In this document: one piece after another, positions 30,205 through 32,000 of the stretch
How the letters are laid out: every line of letters begins with the position of its first letter
How positions within the stretch are numbered: position 1 is the stretch's first letter
Source: Methylorubrum extorquens
GTDB taxonomy: Bacteria; Pseudomonadota; Alphaproteobacteria; Rhizobiales; Beijerinckiaceae
DNA: 32,000 bases
Direction: 5' to 3'
Assembly (NCBI GenBank): GCA_900234795.1
Contig: LT962688.1
Location: 990,001-1,022,000, forward strand
Made by a program: the position numbers and the translations under genes
Notes under the pieces: model-generated
Told to the model about the DNA's origin: nothing
What the model saw: the letters and a program-made list of their open reading frames with translations, nothing else
Database searches by the model: none

Positions 30205-30825
30205 ATGAGAGGTGCCATCATGCGAGGGGCCACGACGCCTGCCATCCGCCGTATACCGGTCGCCATCCCTTTGGCCGCGGCCCTGCTCGCGGGCCTTGCC
30301 GGGTCCGCCTTCGCGCAAGATGCCAAGGAGGCTCCGAAGGAGCCGGCCCCCGCCAAGACGGAGAGTGCCGGCGCGCCGCAGACCTACGAGAGCGCGATCA
30401 CCAACGGCAAGGGTGACACCATCGGCAAGATCATGATCCGCGACGGGGCGAATTCCCTCGTCATGCGGCTGTCGATTCAGGCCGGCGGCCTGCCTCCGGG
30501 CTGGCACGGCATCCATTTCCACGCCGTCGGCGACTGCTCGGACACGGAGAAGTTCGAGAAGTCGAAGGCCCACGTGAACCACGACCAGAGCAAGCACGGC
30601 CTGCTCAACCCCGACGGCCCGGACGAGGGCGACCTGCCCAACGTCTACGCCAACGCCGACGGCTCGGTGAACGCGGAAGTGTCGAGCGAGACCCCGCTGA
30701 CCGGCGAGGGCGGCCTGCGCGACGGCGACGGCTCGGCGCTGATCATCCACGCCAACGAGGATGACCACACCAGCCAGCCCATCGGCGGCGCGGGCGCGCG
30801 CATCGGCTGCGCGGTCATCAAGTAA
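30205..30825 (+). CDS. sodC: Periplasmic Cu,Zn superoxide dismutase
   Basis: Signal peptide ending 'SAFA-QD'. 'GWHGIHFHAVGDC', 'GDLPN' and 'ALIIHANEDDHTSQPIGGAGARIGCAVI' are SodC metal-ligand and disulfide signatures. An alternative start is ATG 30220. Confidence 0.93.
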   Translation: MRGAIMRGATTPAIRRIPVAIPLAAALLAGLAGSAFAQDAKEAPKEPAPAKTESAGAPQTYESAITNGKGDTIGKIMIRDGANSLVMRLSIQAGGLPPGWHGIHFHAVGDCSDTEKFEKSKAHVNHDQSKHGLLNPDGPDEGDLPNVYANADGSVNAEVSSETPLTGEGGLRDGDGSALIIHANEDDHTSQPIGGAGARIGCAVIK

Positions 30826-30835
30826 CGCGCCTTTT

Positions 30836-30859
30836 GCCCTCCCCCTGCGGGGGGAGGGC
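30836..30859. terminator. Hairpin at the convergent sodC/dxs junction
   Basis: GCCCTCCCCC-tgcg-GGGGGAGGGC gives a 10-bp perfect stem. It lies between stops at 30825 (+) and 30871 (-). Confidence 0.55.
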
Positions 30860-30870
30860 GTTGGCGGAGG

Positions 30871-32000
30871 TTACCGCTTCAGGCTCACCACGCTGCCTTC
30901 GCGCTGCGCCGCCTTCTCCGGCAGCGCGGCGCGGACGACCTTGAGGATGCCCTCGGCATCGAGTCCGGCCTCGGCGTACATCTTCTCCGGCTTGTCGTGG
31001 TCCTGGTAGCTGTCCGGCAGCGTCAGCGTGCGGACCCGGACCCGGCCGGTATCGAGCACGCCGCGCTCGGCCAGCAGGTGCAGCACCATCGCCCCGAAGC
31101 CGCCGACCGAGCCCTCCTCGACCGTCACCAGAACCTCGTGGCTCATCGCCAGATCGACGATCAGCTCGGCGTCCAGCGGCTTGGCAAAGCGCGCATCCGC
31201 GACCGTGGCCGCGACACCCTCCGCCTCCAGCGCGTCGGCCGCCTTCAACGCCTCCGACAGGCGCGTGCCGAGCGAGAGCAGCGCCACCCGCGCCCCCTCC
31301 GGACGCCGCACCACGCGGCCGCGGCCGATCGCCAGCGGCACGCCCGTCTCCGGCAGCTCGATGCCGACCCCCTCGCCGCGCGGGTAGCGCAGCGCGATCG
31401 GGCCCGAATCGTGCGCGTGGCAGGTCGCCACCATGTGCACCAGCTCGGCCTCGTCGGCCGCCGCCATCACCGTCATGTTCGGCAGGCAGCAGAGATAGGC
31501 CAGATCGAACGCGCCCGCATGCGTGGCGCCGTCGGCGCCGACGAGACCGGCCCGGTCGAGGCAGAACCGCACGGCTAAGTTCTGCAGCGCGACGTCATGC
31601 ACGACCTGATCGTAGGCCCGCTGCAGGAAGGTCGAGTAGATCGCCACGAACGGCTTGTAGCCCTCGGTGGCCAAACCGCCGGCAAAGGTCACCGCGTGCT
31701 GCTCGGCGATGCCGACGTCGAAGGTCCGGTCGGGATGCGCCTTGCCGAACAGGTCGATCCCGGTACCGCCGGGCATCGCCGCGGTGATCGCCACCACCTT
31801 CGGGTCGGCATCGGCCGCCTTGATCAGGCTCTCGCCGAACACGCGGGTATAGGCCGGGGCGTTGGCCTTGGCCTTGGCCTGCACGCCCGAGACCACGTCG
31901 AACTTGACCACGCCGTGATAGCGATCGGCGCTGGCTTCCGCGGGCGCGTAGCCCTTGCCCTTCTGCGTGACGACGTGGAGCAGGATCGGGCCCTGATCCG
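30871..32000 (-). CDS. dxs: 1-deoxy-D-xylulose-5-phosphate synthase, C-terminal about two-thirds; the 5' end lies outside the window
   Basis: The frame stays open beyond the track's internal GTG (31911) to the window edge. It reads '...[33 protein letters not shown]', then '[11 protein letters not shown]', '[14 protein letters not shown]' and 'RYPRGEG', all typical of Dxs. Confidence 0.95.
   Translation of the reverse strand, partial: DQGPILLHVVTQKGKGYAPAEASADRYHGVVKFDVVSGVQAKAKANAPAYTRVFGESLIKAADADPKVVAITAAMPGGTGIDLFGKAHPDRTFDVGIAEQHAVTFAGGLATEGYKPFVAIYSTFLQRAYDQVVHDVALQNLAVRFCLDRAGLVGADGATHAGAFDLAYLCCLPNMTVMAAADEAELVHMVATCHAHDSGPIALRYPRGEGVGIELPETGVPLAIGRGRVVRRPEGARVALLSLGTRLSEALKAADALEAEGVAATVADARFAKPLDAELIVDLAMSHEVLVTVEEGSVGGFGAMVLHLLAERGVLDTGRVRVRTLTLPDSYQDHDKPEKMYAEAGLDAEGILKVVRAALPEKAAQREGSVVSLKR

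Noticed and set aside
1-32000. A scan of the whole window for tRNA/rRNA genes, IS elements, integrases, phage genes, toxin-antitoxin pairs and restriction-modification genes.
   Set aside because: No T-loop-like GGTTCGA motifs were seen in non-coding gaps, and no rRNA-like long non-coding stretch exists. No ORF has transposase, integrase, recombinase or phage signatures. All large ORFs are accounted for by housekeeping or accessory metabolic functions.

Overview
This is a very GC-rich, densely coding chromosomal segment. G/C dominates third codon positions, and long 'shadow' ORFs appear on the non-coding strands. Gene content and repeat types look alphaproteobacterial (Hyphomicrobiales, Methylobacterium-like), but that is inference only. 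I support 31 protein genes, in order along the window. They are: the 3' end of an RND efflux pump; an MFS transporter; cyoABCD plus a SURF1 assembly factor; an orphan helical protein; a TVP38/DedA-like membrane protein paired with a two-HKD phospholipase D; a periplasmic L-asparaginase; an EEP-family hydrolase; a murQ / SIS-type GlcN-6-P deaminase / nagA amino-sugar cluster; a tiny secreted Arg/Gly-rich protein; a GH15 glycosidase; a small ORF plus a PilZ protein; a HIT protein; a CDF transporter; ada; a FemAB-like (DUF482) protein translationally coupled to an M20 amidohydrolase; an SRAP (YedK-like) protein; a divergent pair of an AlgJ/AlgX-like acyltransferase and a GT61 glycosyltransferase; a TRAM/RumA-type RNA methyltransferase; tlyA; sodC; and the 3' two-thirds of dxs. 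I found no rRNA, tRNA, CRISPR array, transposase, integrase or prophage genes. The non-coding space is notable. It holds at least three families of REP/MITE-like palindromic repeats: a two-hairpin element (2 copies), a 'CTAGAGCATC...GATGC' element (4 copies) and a 100-bp long palindrome. It also holds C-rich hairpins at convergent gene junctions and a perfect 13-bp tandem duplication at the tlyA/methyltransferase junction. No known defence, toxin or mobile system is evident. The best candidates for something uncharacterised are three loci: the REP-bounded cytoplasmic AlgJ-like + GT61 pair; the hypothetical/TVP38/PLD trio behind an AT-rich promoter island; and the small-ORF + PilZ pair. All functional calls rest on motif recognition by eye and need profile or database searches to confirm.
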